The notes: generated by a model from the letters alone, not told the origin. 34,911 nucleotides of DNA from Armatimonadota bacterium (GCA_037440005.1 JBBIUY010000031.1:1-34911); one strand, 5' to 3'; positions 20,264 to 30,104 are shown, counted from the stretch's first letter. Translations and numbers: made by a program.

Positions 20264-21270
20264 CCGATCCGTCCGCGGCCGCGCCTGCGGGCCGGCTGCG
20301 CGTGGTGTTCTTCGGGACCCCCCACTTTGCGGTGCCGTCGCTGCGGGCGCTCGCCCGGCAGGCGGAGGTGGCGGCGGTGGTCACCCGGCCCGACCGCCCG
20401 CGGGGCCGCGGTCAGGTGGTGGAGCCTCCGCCGGTGGCGCGGGCGGCGCGGGAGCTGGGGCTGCGGGTGCTCCAGCCTCCGCGGCTGCGGGACCCCCAGG
20501 TCCTGGAGGAGCTGCGGGAGCTGGGGGCCGACGTGCACGTCACCGTGGCCTACGGGCGGCTCATCCCCCCGGAGATCCTGCAGCTGCCGCCCCGGGGCAG
20601 CATCAACGTCCACCCCTCCCTGCTGCCCCGCCACCGGGGGGCCTCGCCGATCCAGGCGGCGATCCTCTGCGGGGACGCCGAGACCGGCGTGACGGTCCTG
20701 TACCAGACCGCCGAGATGGACGCCGGGGACATCATCCTCCAGCGCCGGGTCCCCGTCGCACCGGAGGACACCGCCCGCACCCTGGAGGCCCGCCTGGCCG
20801 AGGAGGCGGCGCAGGCGCTGGTGGAGGCGCTGCGCCTGATCGCCGCCGGGACGGCGCCGCGGCAGCCCCAGGATCCCGCCGCGGCCACCTACGCCGGCAG
20901 GCTGCGCAAAGACCACGGCCGCGTGGACTGGACGCGCCCCGCCCCGGAGCTGGCCCGGCTGGTGCGCGCCATGGACCCCTGGCCGTCCGCGTTCACCTGG
21001 CACCGGGGGCGGCTGCTGAAGATCTGGCGGGCGCAGCCGGTGGACGCCTCCGGGGACCCCGGCACCGTGGTGGAGGTGCGCAAGGGTGACGGCATCGTGG
21101 TCGCCTGCGGGGAAGGCGGGCTGCTGGTGACCGAGGTGCAGCCGGAGGGACGCCGGAGGATGACGGCCGACGAGTACGTGCGGGGCAGCCGCCTGTCGGT
21201 GGGTGAGCGGTTGGGGGACGGGACGGCGGCGCGGGTTCCGGGGCAGGCGGGACCGGCTCCTCCGCCCTGA
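20260..21270 (+). CDS. fmt: Methionyl-tRNA formyltransferase
   Basis: VFFGTPHFA, VTRPDRPRGRG, VAYG, INVHPSLLPRHRGASPIQ, MDAGDI, PWPSA, EVQPEGRRRM. ATGA overlap with def. Confidence 0.96.
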   Translation: MTDPSAAAPAGRLRVVFFGTPHFAVPSLRALARQAEVAAVVTRPDRPRGRGQVVEPPPVARAARELGLRVLQPPRLRDPQVLEELRELGADVHVTVAYGRLIPPEILQLPPRGSINVHPSLLPRHRGASPIQAAILCGDAETGVTVLYQTAEMDAGDIILQRRVPVAPEDTARTLEARLAEEAAQALVEALRLIAAGTAPRQPQDPAAATYAGRLRKDHGRVDWTRPAPELARLVRAMDPWPSAFTWHRGRLLKIWRAQPVDASGDPGTVVEVRKGDGIVVACGEGGLLVTEVQPEGRRRMTADEYVRGSRLSVGERLGDGTAARVPGQAGPAPPP

Positions 21271-21334
21271 GAGGGTCTGCGACGGTGCGCAAAGCGTGGC
21301 CGCGCGGTCGACGCGCGCGTGTCCTCCCGTCCGC

Positions 21335-21371
21335 TATAATAGAGCTGATACGTCAGAGCTGATACGTCAGA
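21335..21371 (+). promoter_or_regulatory. -10 box TATAAT followed by a perfect 14-bp tandem repeat (operator-like)
   Basis: TATAAT at 21335-21340. AGAGCTGATACGTC x2 (21341-21368) plus [11 protein letters not shown] follows. Confidence 0.65.
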
Positions 21372-21384
21372 CGCGGAGGGAGCC

Positions 21385-22071
21385 ATGCTGTTCTGGGATC
21401 CCACGTTCATCGTCCTGGTGCCGGCGATCCTGCTGGCGCTGTACGCGCAGATGCGGGTGCAGTCCACCTTCCGCCGGTATGCCGCGGTGCCGGCGGCCAC
21501 CGGCTACACGGGAGCCCAGGTGGCGGCGGAGCTGCTGCGCCGCAGCGGGGTCATCGGTGTGCGCATCGAGCCGGTGGGGGGGATGCTGGCGGACCACTAC
21601 GACCCCTCCCGCAAGGTCCTGCGCCTGTCCCCGGACGTCTACAGCGGCAACTCACTGGCGGCCCTGGGGGTGGCGGCCCACGAGGCGGGCCACGCCCTCC
21701 AGCACCGGGACGGCTACGCGCCGCTGCGGCTGCGGACCGCCATCGTGCCGGTGGCGACCCTGGGAACCAATGCGGCCTGGATCCTGTTCGTGATCGGTCT
21801 GTTCGCCGGCTTGCCGCGGCTGATGGACCTGGGCATCCTGCTGTTTTTGGGCTACATCGCGTTCGCCCTGATCACTCTCCCGGTGGAGTTTGATGCCAGC
21901 CGGCGGGCCGTGGCGCTGCTGCAGGGTCAGGGGTTCGTGCTGCCCCAGGAAGCCGAGGGCGTGCGGGCGGTGCTCAACGCCGCCGCCCTGACCTACGTGG
22001 CTGCGGCCACCATGGCGATCCTGCAGCTGGTCCGCCTGCTCCTGATCCGCCAGGCCTCCCGGGAGGACTGA
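21385..22071 (+). CDS. YugP-family neutral zinc metallopeptidase (membrane)
   Basis: TGAQVA, LADHYDP, LRLSPDVY, VAAHEAGHALQH (HExxH), TLPVEFDASRRA, VLNAAALTYVAA. Confidence 0.92.
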   Translation: MLFWDPTFIVLVPAILLALYAQMRVQSTFRRYAAVPAATGYTGAQVAAELLRRSGVIGVRIEPVGGMLADHYDPSRKVLRLSPDVYSGNSLAALGVAAHEAGHALQHRDGYAPLRLRTAIVPVATLGTNAAWILFVIGLFAGLPRLMDLGILLFLGYIAFALITLPVEFDASRRAVALLQGQGFVLPQEAEGVRAVLNAAALTYVAAATMAILQLVRLLLIRQASRED

Positions 22072-22074
22072 GTC

Positions 22075-23451
22075 CTGGGACGCGCCGTTTCCGCGCGGCG
22101 ACCTCCGGCCAGCCCGGCGCGGGAGGTCGCCGCGCAGGTGCTGTATCGGGTGGACAGCACCGGCGCGTACAGCACCCTCCTGCTGCACCACGCCCTGGCC
22201 CGGGCCGGTCTGCAGCCCGCCGACGCCGCCCTGGCCACCGAGATCGTCCAGGGAACCCTGCGGTGGCAGGCGCGGGTGGACTGGACGCTGTCCGGAGTCC
22301 TGCGCCACCCGTTGGCGGACCTGCCGCCGCGCATCCGGGCCATCCTCCGGTCGGCGGTCTACCAGCTGCTGTTCCTCAGCCGCGTCCCGCCCCACGCGGT
22401 GGTCCACGACGCGGTCAGCCTGGCCCGGGCCCACGGGCACGCCGGTGTGGCCGCCCTGGTCAACGCCGTCCTGCGGCAGGTGGCCGCCCGCGAGGAGCGT
22501 CCGCTGCCCCAGGAGCCCGTGGAGCGGATCGCCGTCGAGCACTCTCACCCGCGCTGGTTGGTGGAGCGGTGGGTGCGGCGGCTGGGTCCGGACCAGACGG
22601 TGGACCTGTGCCGCGCCAACAACGCTGCCCCGCCCGTGACGGTGCGGGTCAACGTCCTGGCCCGCGATCCGGAGGAGGTCGCCTCCCAGCTGGCCTCGGC
22701 GGGCGTGCAGGTCCGCCCCACGGTCCTTCCCGAGGGCCTGATCCTGGCCGGTCCGGCCGAGCCGCGCCGCCGGCTGGTCGAAGAGGGCGTCCTGACGATC
22801 CAGGACCTGGGGGCGATGCTGGTGACGCACCTGCTGGACCCCCGTCCCGGAGAGACCGTCATCGACGCCTGCGCGGCTCCCGGGGGGAAGACCACCCACA
22901 TCGCCGAGCGCCAGGCCGACCGCGGCCGGGTGATCGCCTGCGACCTGCACGCCGGCCGCCTGGAGGTGGTGCGCCGCCGCGCCCGGGCCGCGGGGCTGCG
23001 CAGCATCGAGGCCGTGGTGGCCGACGCCCGCGTCCTGGGCCAGCGGTGGCCCGGACAGGCCGACCGGGTCCTGCTGGACGCGCCCTGCTCGGGGCTGGGG
23101 GTCGTGCGGCGGCGGCCCGAGATCAAGTGGCGGGTGCAGCCCTCCGACCTCCCCCTCCACGCCGGGCGCCAGCTGGAGCTGCTGGCCGGCGCCTGTGGTG
23201 CCGTGCGCCCGGGCGGTGTGTTACTCTACAGCGTGTGCACCACCGAGCCCGAGGAGGGGCCGGAGGTGGTGGCGCGGTTTCTGCGGGCGCACCCCGATTT
23301 CGTGCCGGACCCGGACCTGCCCATCCCCGGGGGGCTGCCGCGCGGCGGAGATCCGCCGGGCGCGCTGACCCTGTGGCCGCACCGCCACGGCACCGACGGG
23401 TTCTACATCGCCCGGATGCGCCGCCTGCCCCCGTCCCGCCCGACGCCATGA
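22075..23451 (+). CDS. rsmB: 16S rRNA m5C967 methyltransferase RsmB (probable CTG start at 22075; first GTG at 22138)
   Basis: NusB-like N-terminus AREVAAQVLYRV, VNAVLR, HSHPRWLV, DACAAPGGKT, LLDAPCSGLG, YSVCT, DGFYIA. Confidence 0.93.
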   Translation: MGRAVSARRPPASPAREVAAQVLYRVDSTGAYSTLLLHHALARAGLQPADAALATEIVQGTLRWQARVDWTLSGVLRHPLADLPPRIRAILRSAVYQLLFLSRVPPHAVVHDAVSLARAHGHAGVAALVNAVLRQVAAREERPLPQEPVERIAVEHSHPRWLVERWVRRLGPDQTVDLCRANNAAPPVTVRVNVLARDPEEVASQLASAGVQVRPTVLPEGLILAGPAEPRRRLVEEGVLTIQDLGAMLVTHLLDPRPGETVIDACAAPGGKTTHIAERQADRGRVIACDLHAGRLEVVRRRARAAGLRSIEAVVADARVLGQRWPGQADRVLLDAPCSGLGVVRRRPEIKWRVQPSDLPLHAGRQLELLAGACGAVRPGGVLLYSVCTTEPEEGPEVVARFLRAHPDFVPDPDLPIPGGLPRGGDPPGALTLWPHRHGTDGFYIARMRRLPPSRPTP

Positions 23452-24614
23452 CGACCCAGGGGCCGATCGAGGTCACCGGGCTGACCCTGCCGGAACTGCA
23501 GGCGCTCCTTCAGCCGATGGGCGAGCCGCCGTACCGGGCGGCCCAGCTGGCCCGGTGGATCTACCGCCGGGCGGCCCGGTCCTTCTCGGAGATGACGGAC
23601 CTGCCCGCCTCCCTGCGCGCCCGCCTGGCGCAGCGGTGCCGGCTGGCGGTCCTGCAGCCGGTGAGCGTGGTGTCCGCCGACGGCGGCGACACCCTCAAGT
23701 ACCTGCTGGCGCTGGCCGACGGGGCCACGGTGGAGACCGTCTTCATGCGGTACCGGGACGGCCGGCGCAGCCTGTGCGTGTCCACCCAGGTGGGCTGCGG
23801 CATGGGCTGCACCTTCTGCGCCACCGGGCTGGCCGGGCTGATCCGGAACCTGACCGCCGGGGAGATCGTCGACCAGGTGCTCACCGTCCAGCGGCTGACC
23901 GGAGAGCGCGTGACCCACGTGGTCTTCATGGGCATGGGCGAACCCCTGGCCAACTACGACGCCACCCTGCGGGCGGTGCGGGTGCTCAACGCGGCCTGGG
24001 GGGCGGGCATCGGCATGCGCCGGATCACCGTCTCGACGGTGGGTCTGGTGCCCCAGATCCGCCGCCTGGCCGCCGAGCGCCTGCAGCTGACCCTGGCGGT
24101 GTCGCTGCACGCGCCCACCGACGAACTGCGGGCGGCGCTGGTGCCGGTCACCCGGCGGTGGTCGGTGGCCGAGCTGCTGGACGCCAGCCGGGACTACGTG
24201 GCGGCCACGGGCCGCCGGGTGACCTTCGAGTACGTGCTGCTGGACGGCGTCAACGACGACCCCGCCCTGGCGGACGCGCTGGCCGGGCTGCTGCGGGCGC
24301 GGGCGGCCGGGCTGCGGGCGTCCGGGGAGCGCGCCGGCGAGGGGTTTCCGGTGGGCCGCAGCCTGGAGTCTGCGGCCCCCCGCGGGTGGGCCTTCCACGT
24401 GAACCTGATCCCCTGGAACCCCGTGCCGGGCCTGCCCTACCGCCGGCCCTCCCGCGAGCGGGTGGAGGCCTTCGCCCGCGTCCTGCGAAGAGCGGGCGTC
24501 CCGGTGACGGTGCGCCTGGAGCGCGGGGTGGAGATCGAGGCGGCCTGCGGCCAGCTGCGCCGCACCCGTCTGCCGGCCTCCACCGGGGCGGTGTCGGCGG
24601 AGGTGTCCCGGTGA
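23448..24614 (+). CDS. rlmN: Dual-specificity RNA methyltransferase RlmN (radical SAM)
   Basis: CVSTQVGCGMGCTFCATG, MGMGEPLAN, STVG, SLHAP, TFEYVL, VNLIPWN, AACGQL. Confidence 0.96.
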   Translation: MTTQGPIEVTGLTLPELQALLQPMGEPPYRAAQLARWIYRRAARSFSEMTDLPASLRARLAQRCRLAVLQPVSVVSADGGDTLKYLLALADGATVETVFMRYRDGRRSLCVSTQVGCGMGCTFCATGLAGLIRNLTAGEIVDQVLTVQRLTGERVTHVVFMGMGEPLANYDATLRAVRVLNAAWGAGIGMRRITVSTVGLVPQIRRLAAERLQLTLAVSLHAPTDELRAALVPVTRRWSVAELLDASRDYVAATGRRVTFEYVLLDGVNDDPALADALAGLLRARAAGLRASGERAGEGFPVGRSLESAAPRGWAFHVNLIPWNPVPGLPYRRPSRERVEAFARVLRRAGVPVTVRLERGVEIEAACGQLRRTRLPASTGAVSAEVSR

Positions 24615-26470
24615 TCGCCAGCGGGCGCGTCATCGCCGGCCGGTACGAGATCCTGGACCGGATCAGCGAGGGGGGCATGGCCACCGTCTACCGCGCCCGG
24701 CGCCTGGCCGACGGCGCGGTGGTGGCCCTGAAGGTCCTGCGGGAGCAGTACAGCGGCGACGCCGAGTTCGTCGAGCGCTTCCAGCGCGAGGCCCGGGCCG
24801 TCAGCCAGCTCCGCCACCCGTGCATGGTCGAGGTCTATGACAGCGGCGCCGACGGCCCGGTGCACTACATCGCCATGGAGTACGTGGAGGGCTCCAACCT
24901 CAAGGAGTACCTCCGCCGGGAGGGCCGCCTGGCCCCCGAGCGCGCCCTGCGGATCGCCGCCCAGGTCGCCGACGCCCTCGCCCACGCCCACGCCCACGGC
25001 ATCGTCCACCGGGACGTCAAGCCCCAGAACATCCTGCTCACCGCCGACGGCCAGGTGAAGGTCGCCGACTTCGGCATCGCCCGCGCCCTCAGCGCCGCCA
25101 CCATCACCCACACCGGGACGGTGCTCGGCTCGGTCCAGTACCTGTCCCCCGAGCAGGCCCGGGGCGGAGCGGTGGGGGAGGCCGCCGACCTGTACGCCCT
25201 GGGCGTCGTGCTGTACGAGATGGTCACCGGCCGGCTGCCCTTCGAGGACGACGCGCCCATCGCCCTGGCCCTCGCCCACATCCACCGGGATCCCCCGCCG
25301 CCCCGGTCGCTGGTTCCTGACCTGCCCGAGCGGGTGGAGGGGATCATCCTCCGGGCCCTGCGCAAGTCGCCCGCCGACCGGTACCGGTCGGCGGCGGAGA
25401 TGCGGGCGGACCTGCTGGGCCAGTCCGACCTGTGGCGGCTGCCCCCGGCCCCGCCGGCGGGCGCCCCGGCCCCCGCAGTGTCCCGGCGCCGGGCCGCTCC
25501 GGTCCTGACCGCGGCCGCGGCGGTGATCCTGGCGGGCGGCCTGTGGGCGGGGTGGCGGGCGGTGGCCGGATACCTGGCCGTCCCCGAGGTGGCGGTGCCG
25601 GAGTTCGTGGGCCAGCCCCTGGAGGTCGCCCAGCAGATGGCGGAACGGGCCGGCGTGCGGCTGCTGGTGGGCGACCAGGTCCACAGCGCCACCGCGCCCG
25701 TCAACACCGTGGTGTCCCAGGACCAGCCCGCCGGCAAGGTGGTCAAGCGCGGGCGGGTGGTGCGGGTGGCCGTCAGCCTGGGGGCCGAGGTGGTGGTGGT
25801 CCCGGACGTGGAGCGGCGGTCGTTGCTGGAAGCCCGGCTGCTCATCGACCAGGCGCGGCTGCGCATCGGGGAGCTGCGGGAGGCCTATGACGAGCAGGTC
25901 ACAGGGGGGTTCGTCATCGCCCAGGACCCCCAGCCCGGCGCCCGCGTGGAACGCGGGCGGGCGGTCAACCTGGTGGTGAGCAAGGGCCCCCAGCGGCTGG
26001 AGATGCCCGCGCTGGTGGGACGCCCCCTGCCCGACGCCCGCCGCCTGCTGCAGGAGATGGGGATCACCCTGGCCGAGGTGCGCACCACCGTCAGCACGGA
26101 CCTGGAGCCCGGCACGGTCGTCGAGCAGTCGCCGCCGGCGGGGGCGCGGATGCGGGCCCAGGATCCGGTGACGGTGACCGTGGCCGTGCGGCCGGGGCAG
26201 GAGACCGTCCCGCCCACCACGCCCGTGGTGACCGCCCAGGCCCAGCCGGGCGCGCCCGACGAGAAGGTCACCCTGGTGCAGGTGGTGGTGCCCGCCGGCG
26301 ATCCCTCTCAGGAGGTGCGGATCGTGGTGGTGGACGAGGGCGGGGTGCGCGAGGTGCTGCGCCGGCCGTTCGCGCCGGGCGACCGGGTGAGCGAGACCGT
26401 GCGCTCCCGGGGGTACACCATTATCCAGGTGTACCTGCAGGGGCGGCTGGTGCAGGAGATCCGGCCGTGA
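24611..26470 (+). CDS. pknB: PASTA-domain Ser/Thr protein kinase (PrkC/PknB/Stk1)
   Basis: [33 protein letters not shown], one TM helix, three PASTA repeats. GTGA overlap with rlmN. Confidence 0.95.
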   Translation: MIASGRVIAGRYEILDRISEGGMATVYRARRLADGAVVALKVLREQYSGDAEFVERFQREARAVSQLRHPCMVEVYDSGADGPVHYIAMEYVEGSNLKEYLRREGRLAPERALRIAAQVADALAHAHAHGIVHRDVKPQNILLTADGQVKVADFGIARALSAATITHTGTVLGSVQYLSPEQARGGAVGEAADLYALGVVLYEMVTGRLPFEDDAPIALALAHIHRDPPPPRSLVPDLPERVEGIILRALRKSPADRYRSAAEMRADLLGQSDLWRLPPAPPAGAPAPAVSRRRAAPVLTAAAAVILAGGLWAGWRAVAGYLAVPEVAVPEFVGQPLEVAQQMAERAGVRLLVGDQVHSATAPVNTVVSQDQPAGKVVKRGRVVRVAVSLGAEVVVVPDVERRSLLEARLLIDQARLRIGELREAYDEQVTGGFVIAQDPQPGARVERGRAVNLVVSKGPQRLEMPALVGRPLPDARRLLQEMGITLAEVRTTVSTDLEPGTVVEQSPPAGARMRAQDPVTVTVAVRPGQETVPPTTPVVTAQAQPGAPDEKVTLVQVVVPAGDPSQEVRIVVVDEGGVREVLRRPFAPGDRVSETVRSRGYTIIQVYLQGRLVQEIRP

Positions 26471-27141
26471 GGCCTGCCCGGGTCCAGATCGCCGCCAGCA
26501 TCCTGGCGGCGGACTTCGCCCGGCTGGGCGAGCAGGTGGCCGCGGCCGAGCGCGGCGGGGCCGATGCGATCCACGTGGACGTGATGGACGGCCGGTTCGT
26601 GCCCGAGATCACCGTGGGACCGGTGGTGATCGAGGCGGTCCGGCGCAGCACCCGCCTGCCGGTGGACGTGCACCTGATGGTGGTGGAGCCCGAGCGCCAC
26701 GTGGACGCCTGCATCCGCAGCGGCGCCACCTCGGTCACCGTCCACCTGGAGGCCGCGGTGCACCTGCACCGGGTGGTCACCCGCATCAAAGACCTGGGCG
26801 CCCAGGCGGCGGTGGCGCTCAACCCGGCCACGCCCGTGGGGGCCGTGGAGCCGCTGCTGCCGGTCCTGGACATGGTCCTGCTGATGACCGTGGACCCGGG
26901 CTACGCCGGCCAGCGCTTCGTGCCGCTGGTCCTGCCCAAAGTCCGCCAGCTGCGCGAGTGGATAGACGCGCGCGGCCTGCCCCTGCGGGTGCAGGTGGAC
27001 GGCGGGATCAGTCCCCAGACGGCGGCCGACGCGGTGGCCGCCGGGGCCGACGTCCTGGTGGCGGCGTCGGCCGTCTTCCAGGCGGCCGAGGGGGTGGAGG
27101 CGGCTCTGGCCCGCCTGCGCCGGGCCGCCGAGGGACGCTGA
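26467..27141 (+). CDS. rpe: Ribulose-phosphate 3-epimerase
   Basis: SILAADFA, HVDVMDGRFVP, DVHLMV, LLMTVDPGYAGQ, QVDGGI. Confidence 0.96.
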   Translation: MRPARVQIAASILAADFARLGEQVAAAERGGADAIHVDVMDGRFVPEITVGPVVIEAVRRSTRLPVDVHLMVVEPERHVDACIRSGATSVTVHLEAAVHLHRVVTRIKDLGAQAAVALNPATPVGAVEPLLPVLDMVLLMTVDPGYAGQRFVPLVLPKVRQLREWIDARGLPLRVQVDGGISPQTAADAVAAGADVLVAASAVFQAAEGVEAALARLRRAAEGR

Positions 27142-27155
27142 CGGAGGGCGGCGCC

Positions 27156-28187
27156 GTGGTGGCGTACCTGACCCATCCCGACTGCCGGGCCCACGACCCC
27201 GGGCCCGGCCATCCCGAACGGCCGGCGCGGCTGGAGGCGATCGAGCAGGCCCTGGCGGCCGGCCCGGCGCTGGACCTGGCGCGGCTGTCGGCGGACCCGG
27301 CGGACGAGGACACGCTGGCCGGCGTGCACAGCCGCGCGTACATCCACCACGTCCGCGCCCTGGCGGAGGAGGGCGGAGGGATGCTGGACGTGGACACCGT
27401 CGTCTCCCCCGGCTCCTATCGCGCCGCTCTGGCGGCGGCCGGGGCCGCCCGGGCGGCGGTGGAGGCGGTGCTATACGGCCGGGCCCGCACATCGTTTGCG
27501 GCGGTGCGGCCTCCGGGCCACCACGCCCTGGCCGACCGGGGCATGGGGTTCTGCCTGTTCAACAATCTGGCCCTGGCCGCCGTGCGGGCGCTGGAGGCCG
27601 GCCTGCCCCGGGTGGCCGTGGTGGACTGGGATGTCCACCACGGCAACGGGACCCAGGCGCTGTTCTACCGCGACGGGCGTGTGCTGGTGATCTCGGTGCA
27701 CCAGGAGGACTGGTATCCCGGCACGGGGGCCGTGGAGGAAACCGGGGAGGGGGACGGGGCCGGGTGGACCGTCAACGTGCCCCTGCCCGCCGGCACCGGG
27801 GACGGCGGCTACCGGGTGGTCTTCGAGGAGGTGGTCGTCCCCCTGCTGCAGGAGGCGGCCCCGTCGCTGGTCCTGATCTCGGCCGGCTACGACGCGTCGG
27901 CGGGGGACCCCCTGGGCCGCATGCGGCTGACCGCCCGAGGATTCTGGGTCCTGGCGGACCTGATCCGGCAGACCCGCCCCGACCGCGGGGGCGTGGTGGC
28001 GGTCCTGGAGGGCGGCTACGACCTGGACGCGCTCGGCCGGGGCGTGCGGGCGACCCTGGAGGCGCTGGCGGGACAGCCTCCCCGGATAGCGGGACCGGAC
28101 CGGGAGCTGGACGAGGTGCCCTACGCCGCCATCCGGTCGCGGGTGCGTCAGGTGCGGTCGGTGGTGCGCCACCACTGGAACATCTGA
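27156..28187 (+). CDS. Histone deacetylase-family (class II-like) Zn-dependent deacetylase
   Basis: HPERPARL, RPPGHHA, GFCLFNN, DWDVHHGNGTQ, SAGYDA..GDPLG, LEGGY. GGAGGG RBS 7 nt before GTG 27156. Confidence 0.92.
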   Translation: MVAYLTHPDCRAHDPGPGHPERPARLEAIEQALAAGPALDLARLSADPADEDTLAGVHSRAYIHHVRALAEEGGGMLDVDTVVSPGSYRAALAAAGAARAAVEAVLYGRARTSFAAVRPPGHHALADRGMGFCLFNNLALAAVRALEAGLPRVAVVDWDVHHGNGTQALFYRDGRVLVISVHQEDWYPGTGAVEETGEGDGAGWTVNVPLPAGTGDGGYRVVFEEVVVPLLQEAAPSLVLISAGYDASAGDPLGRMRLTARGFWVLADLIRQTRPDRGGVVAVLEGGYDLDALGRGVRATLEALAGQPPRIAGPDRELDEVPYAAIRSRVRQVRSVVRHHWNI

Positions 28188-28267
28188 CGTCCGGCCCGCG
28201 CCCGGCGGGGAGGCGACATCGCGCCGGGCCGCGGCGCCGGTGGCGGTCCGGCCGGGGGATGGATACA

Positions 28268-28714
28268 ATGGAGACGCCTGCTGCCCCTGCGGTCGCTGTG
28301 GAGGTGCGCGTCCGCTACGCCGAGACCGACGCCATGGGCGTCGCCCACCACACCGCGTACCTGGTGTGGTTTGAAGCGGGGCGCACCGAGTACACCCGGG
28401 CGGCGGGCCTGCCCTACCGGGCGGTGGAGGAGGCGGGCACGCGCCTGGTGGTGGTGGAGGCCCACTGCCGCTACCACCGCCCTGCGCGGTACGACGACGT
28501 GGTGGTAGTGCAGACCCGGGTCGGCGATCTGGGGCGGGCCACCGTGACCTTCCGGTACGAGGTGCGCCGCCGCGACGACGGCGCCCTGCTGGCCGACGGG
28601 TACACCGTCCACGCCGCCACCGACACCCGGGGGCGGGTCCGGCGGATTCCCGACGACGTCCGCCGGGCCCTGGGCGGCGCAGGAGTGCCGGGCGCGGGGG
28701 GAGAAATCCGATAG
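28268..28714 (+). CDS. YbgC/4-HBT family acyl-CoA thioesterase (start uncertain, 28259-28298)
   Basis: VRVRYAETDAMGVAHHTAYLVWFEAGRTEY, YHRPARYDD, GYTVHA. Confidence 0.9.
   Translation: METPAAPAVAVEVRVRYAETDAMGVAHHTAYLVWFEAGRTEYTRAAGLPYRAVEEAGTRLVVVEAHCRYHRPARYDDVVVVQTRVGDLGRATVTFRYEVRRRDDGALLADGYTVHAATDTRGRVRRIPDDVRRALGGAGVPGAGGEIR
28679..28707 (+). promoter_or_regulatory. Putative sigma-H-like promoter upstream of rpsA
   Basis: GCAGGA-N18-GAAA(T) embedded in the thioesterase 3' end. Confidence 0.35.
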
Positions 28715-28805
28715 CCGTCTCCCCGACGATCACGGAGAGGACCCGGGCGGGTGCGCGCCCGGAGAGCGCACGCCGGGGACGTGCGTGCCGAGGTGATGAC
28801 GGCCG

Positions 28806-30047
28806 ATGTCGGGTGACCTGACGGGCGAGCGGACCACAGCCGGCGACGAGCCGCTGGAGCTGCAGGAGCGCGTGCCCCGGCTGGCCGAGCGTCAGATCGT
28901 GACCGGGACCGTGGTCCGGGTGGACACCGAAGGCGTGCTAGTGGACGTGGGCGCCAAGTCCGAGGGCCTCATCCCCGCGGGCGAGCTGACGCGGGAGGGG
29001 TCGGCGGGCGGGGCGCTGTCGGTGGGCGACCGCGTGGACGTCATGGTGATGCGGGTGGAGGGCGAGGAGGGAACCATCCTCCTCTCCAAGCGGAGGGCCG
29101 ACTTCGAGCTGGCCTGGCGGCGGGTCCTGGACGCCCACCGGAACGGCACGATCCTGCACGCCATGGTGGTGGACAAGGTCAAAGGCGGGCTGGTGGTGGA
29201 CCTGGGGCTGCGGGGGTTCGTGCCCGGCTCCCACGTGGACCTCTCCCAGGCCAAGGGCCGCCGGTTCGAGTGGTTTGTGGGGCAGTCCATCCCCCTCAAG
29301 GTGCTGGAGGTGGATCGGGGCAAGGGCCGGGTCGTCCTGTCCCACCGCCTGGCGGTGGAGGAAGAGCGCCAGCGGCGCAAGGCGGAGCTGCTGGCGACGC
29401 TGCAGGAAGGCATGGTGGTCGAGGGCGTGGTCAAGCGCCTGACCGACTTCGGCGCCTTTGTGGACCTGGGCGGGGCCGACGGGCTGCTGCCCATCAGCGA
29501 GATGTCCTGGACCTACATCAAGCACCCCTCCGAGGTGGTCCGGCGCAACCAGCGCCTGCGGCTGACGGTGCTGCGGGTGGACCCCCAGACCGGCCGGATC
29601 TCCCTGGGCCTCAAGCAGATCCTGGAGGACCCTTGGCAGAAGGTGGGGGAGCACTTCCGGGTCGGCGACATCGTCCGGGGCAAGGTGGTGCGCCTGGTGT
29701 CCTCGGGCGCGTTCGTTCGGCTGCGGGACCTGGACGCCTTCCTGCCGGTGGCGGAGGCGGCGGACCGGCGGGTGGGCAAGATCGAGGACGTCCTGAAGGT
29801 GGGCGACACGGTGGAGGCCATGATCACCGAGATCCGCCCCGAGGAGCGGCGCATGCTGCTGTCGGTGCGGAAGATGGAGCGGGAACGCGAGCGTCGCCGG
29901 GTCAAGGAGGTCCTGCGCCAGCAGGAGGCCGACGCCCGGGTGACCATCGGCGACATCGCCGGCGCCCTACTCCAGCAGGCGGTGGCGGCCGCCTCCCGCG
30001 CCCCGGAGACTCCCCCGCCCGACGACGACCCGCCCCAGACGTCCTGA
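28806..30047 (+). CDS. rpsA: 30S ribosomal protein S1 (four S1 domains)
   Basis: VDVGAKSEGLIP, VKGGLVVDLGLRGFVPGS, LTDFGAFVDLGGADGLLPISEMSW, GAFV..DAFLP. GAGGTGA SD. Confidence 0.93.
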   Translation: MSGDLTGERTTAGDEPLELQERVPRLAERQIVTGTVVRVDTEGVLVDVGAKSEGLIPAGELTREGSAGGALSVGDRVDVMVMRVEGEEGTILLSKRRADFELAWRRVLDAHRNGTILHAMVVDKVKGGLVVDLGLRGFVPGSHVDLSQAKGRRFEWFVGQSIPLKVLEVDRGKGRVVLSHRLAVEEERQRRKAELLATLQEGMVVEGVVKRLTDFGAFVDLGGADGLLPISEMSWTYIKHPSEVVRRNQRLRLTVLRVDPQTGRISLGLKQILEDPWQKVGEHFRVGDIVRGKVVRLVSSGAFVRLRDLDAFLPVAEAADRRVGKIEDVLKVGDTVEAMITEIRPEERRMLLSVRKMERERERRRVKEVLRQQEADARVTIGDIAGALLQQAVAAASRAPETPPPDDDPPQTS

Positions 30048-30104
30048 CCCCGCGGACGCCCCCGTCACCGGACCGCCGGGGTGCCCGCGGTCCCCCGGTC
30101 CCGG

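Noticed and set aside
17827..21270. 1147-aa ORF, and similar long 5' extensions on ileS, racemase, lspA, pyrR, rqcH, rlmN, pknB, HDAC and thioesterase
   Set aside because: Only the C-terminal part matches a family (fmt from 20260). The extensions are stop-free shadow sequence, not fusions.
21341..21371. 14-bp repeat as a CRISPR array
   Set aside because: Only two adjacent copies, no spacers and no cas genes.
22069..22071. TGA read-through or selenocysteine fusing yugP and rsmB (same frame)
   Set aside because: Both are complete stand-alone families and the TGA is not at a catalytic Cys position. SD+CTG re-initiation is simpler.
27138..27141. CTG start for the HDAC gene (CTGA overlap with rpe)
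   Set aside because: GTG at 27156 has a well-spaced GGAGGG SD and gives a normal N-terminus.
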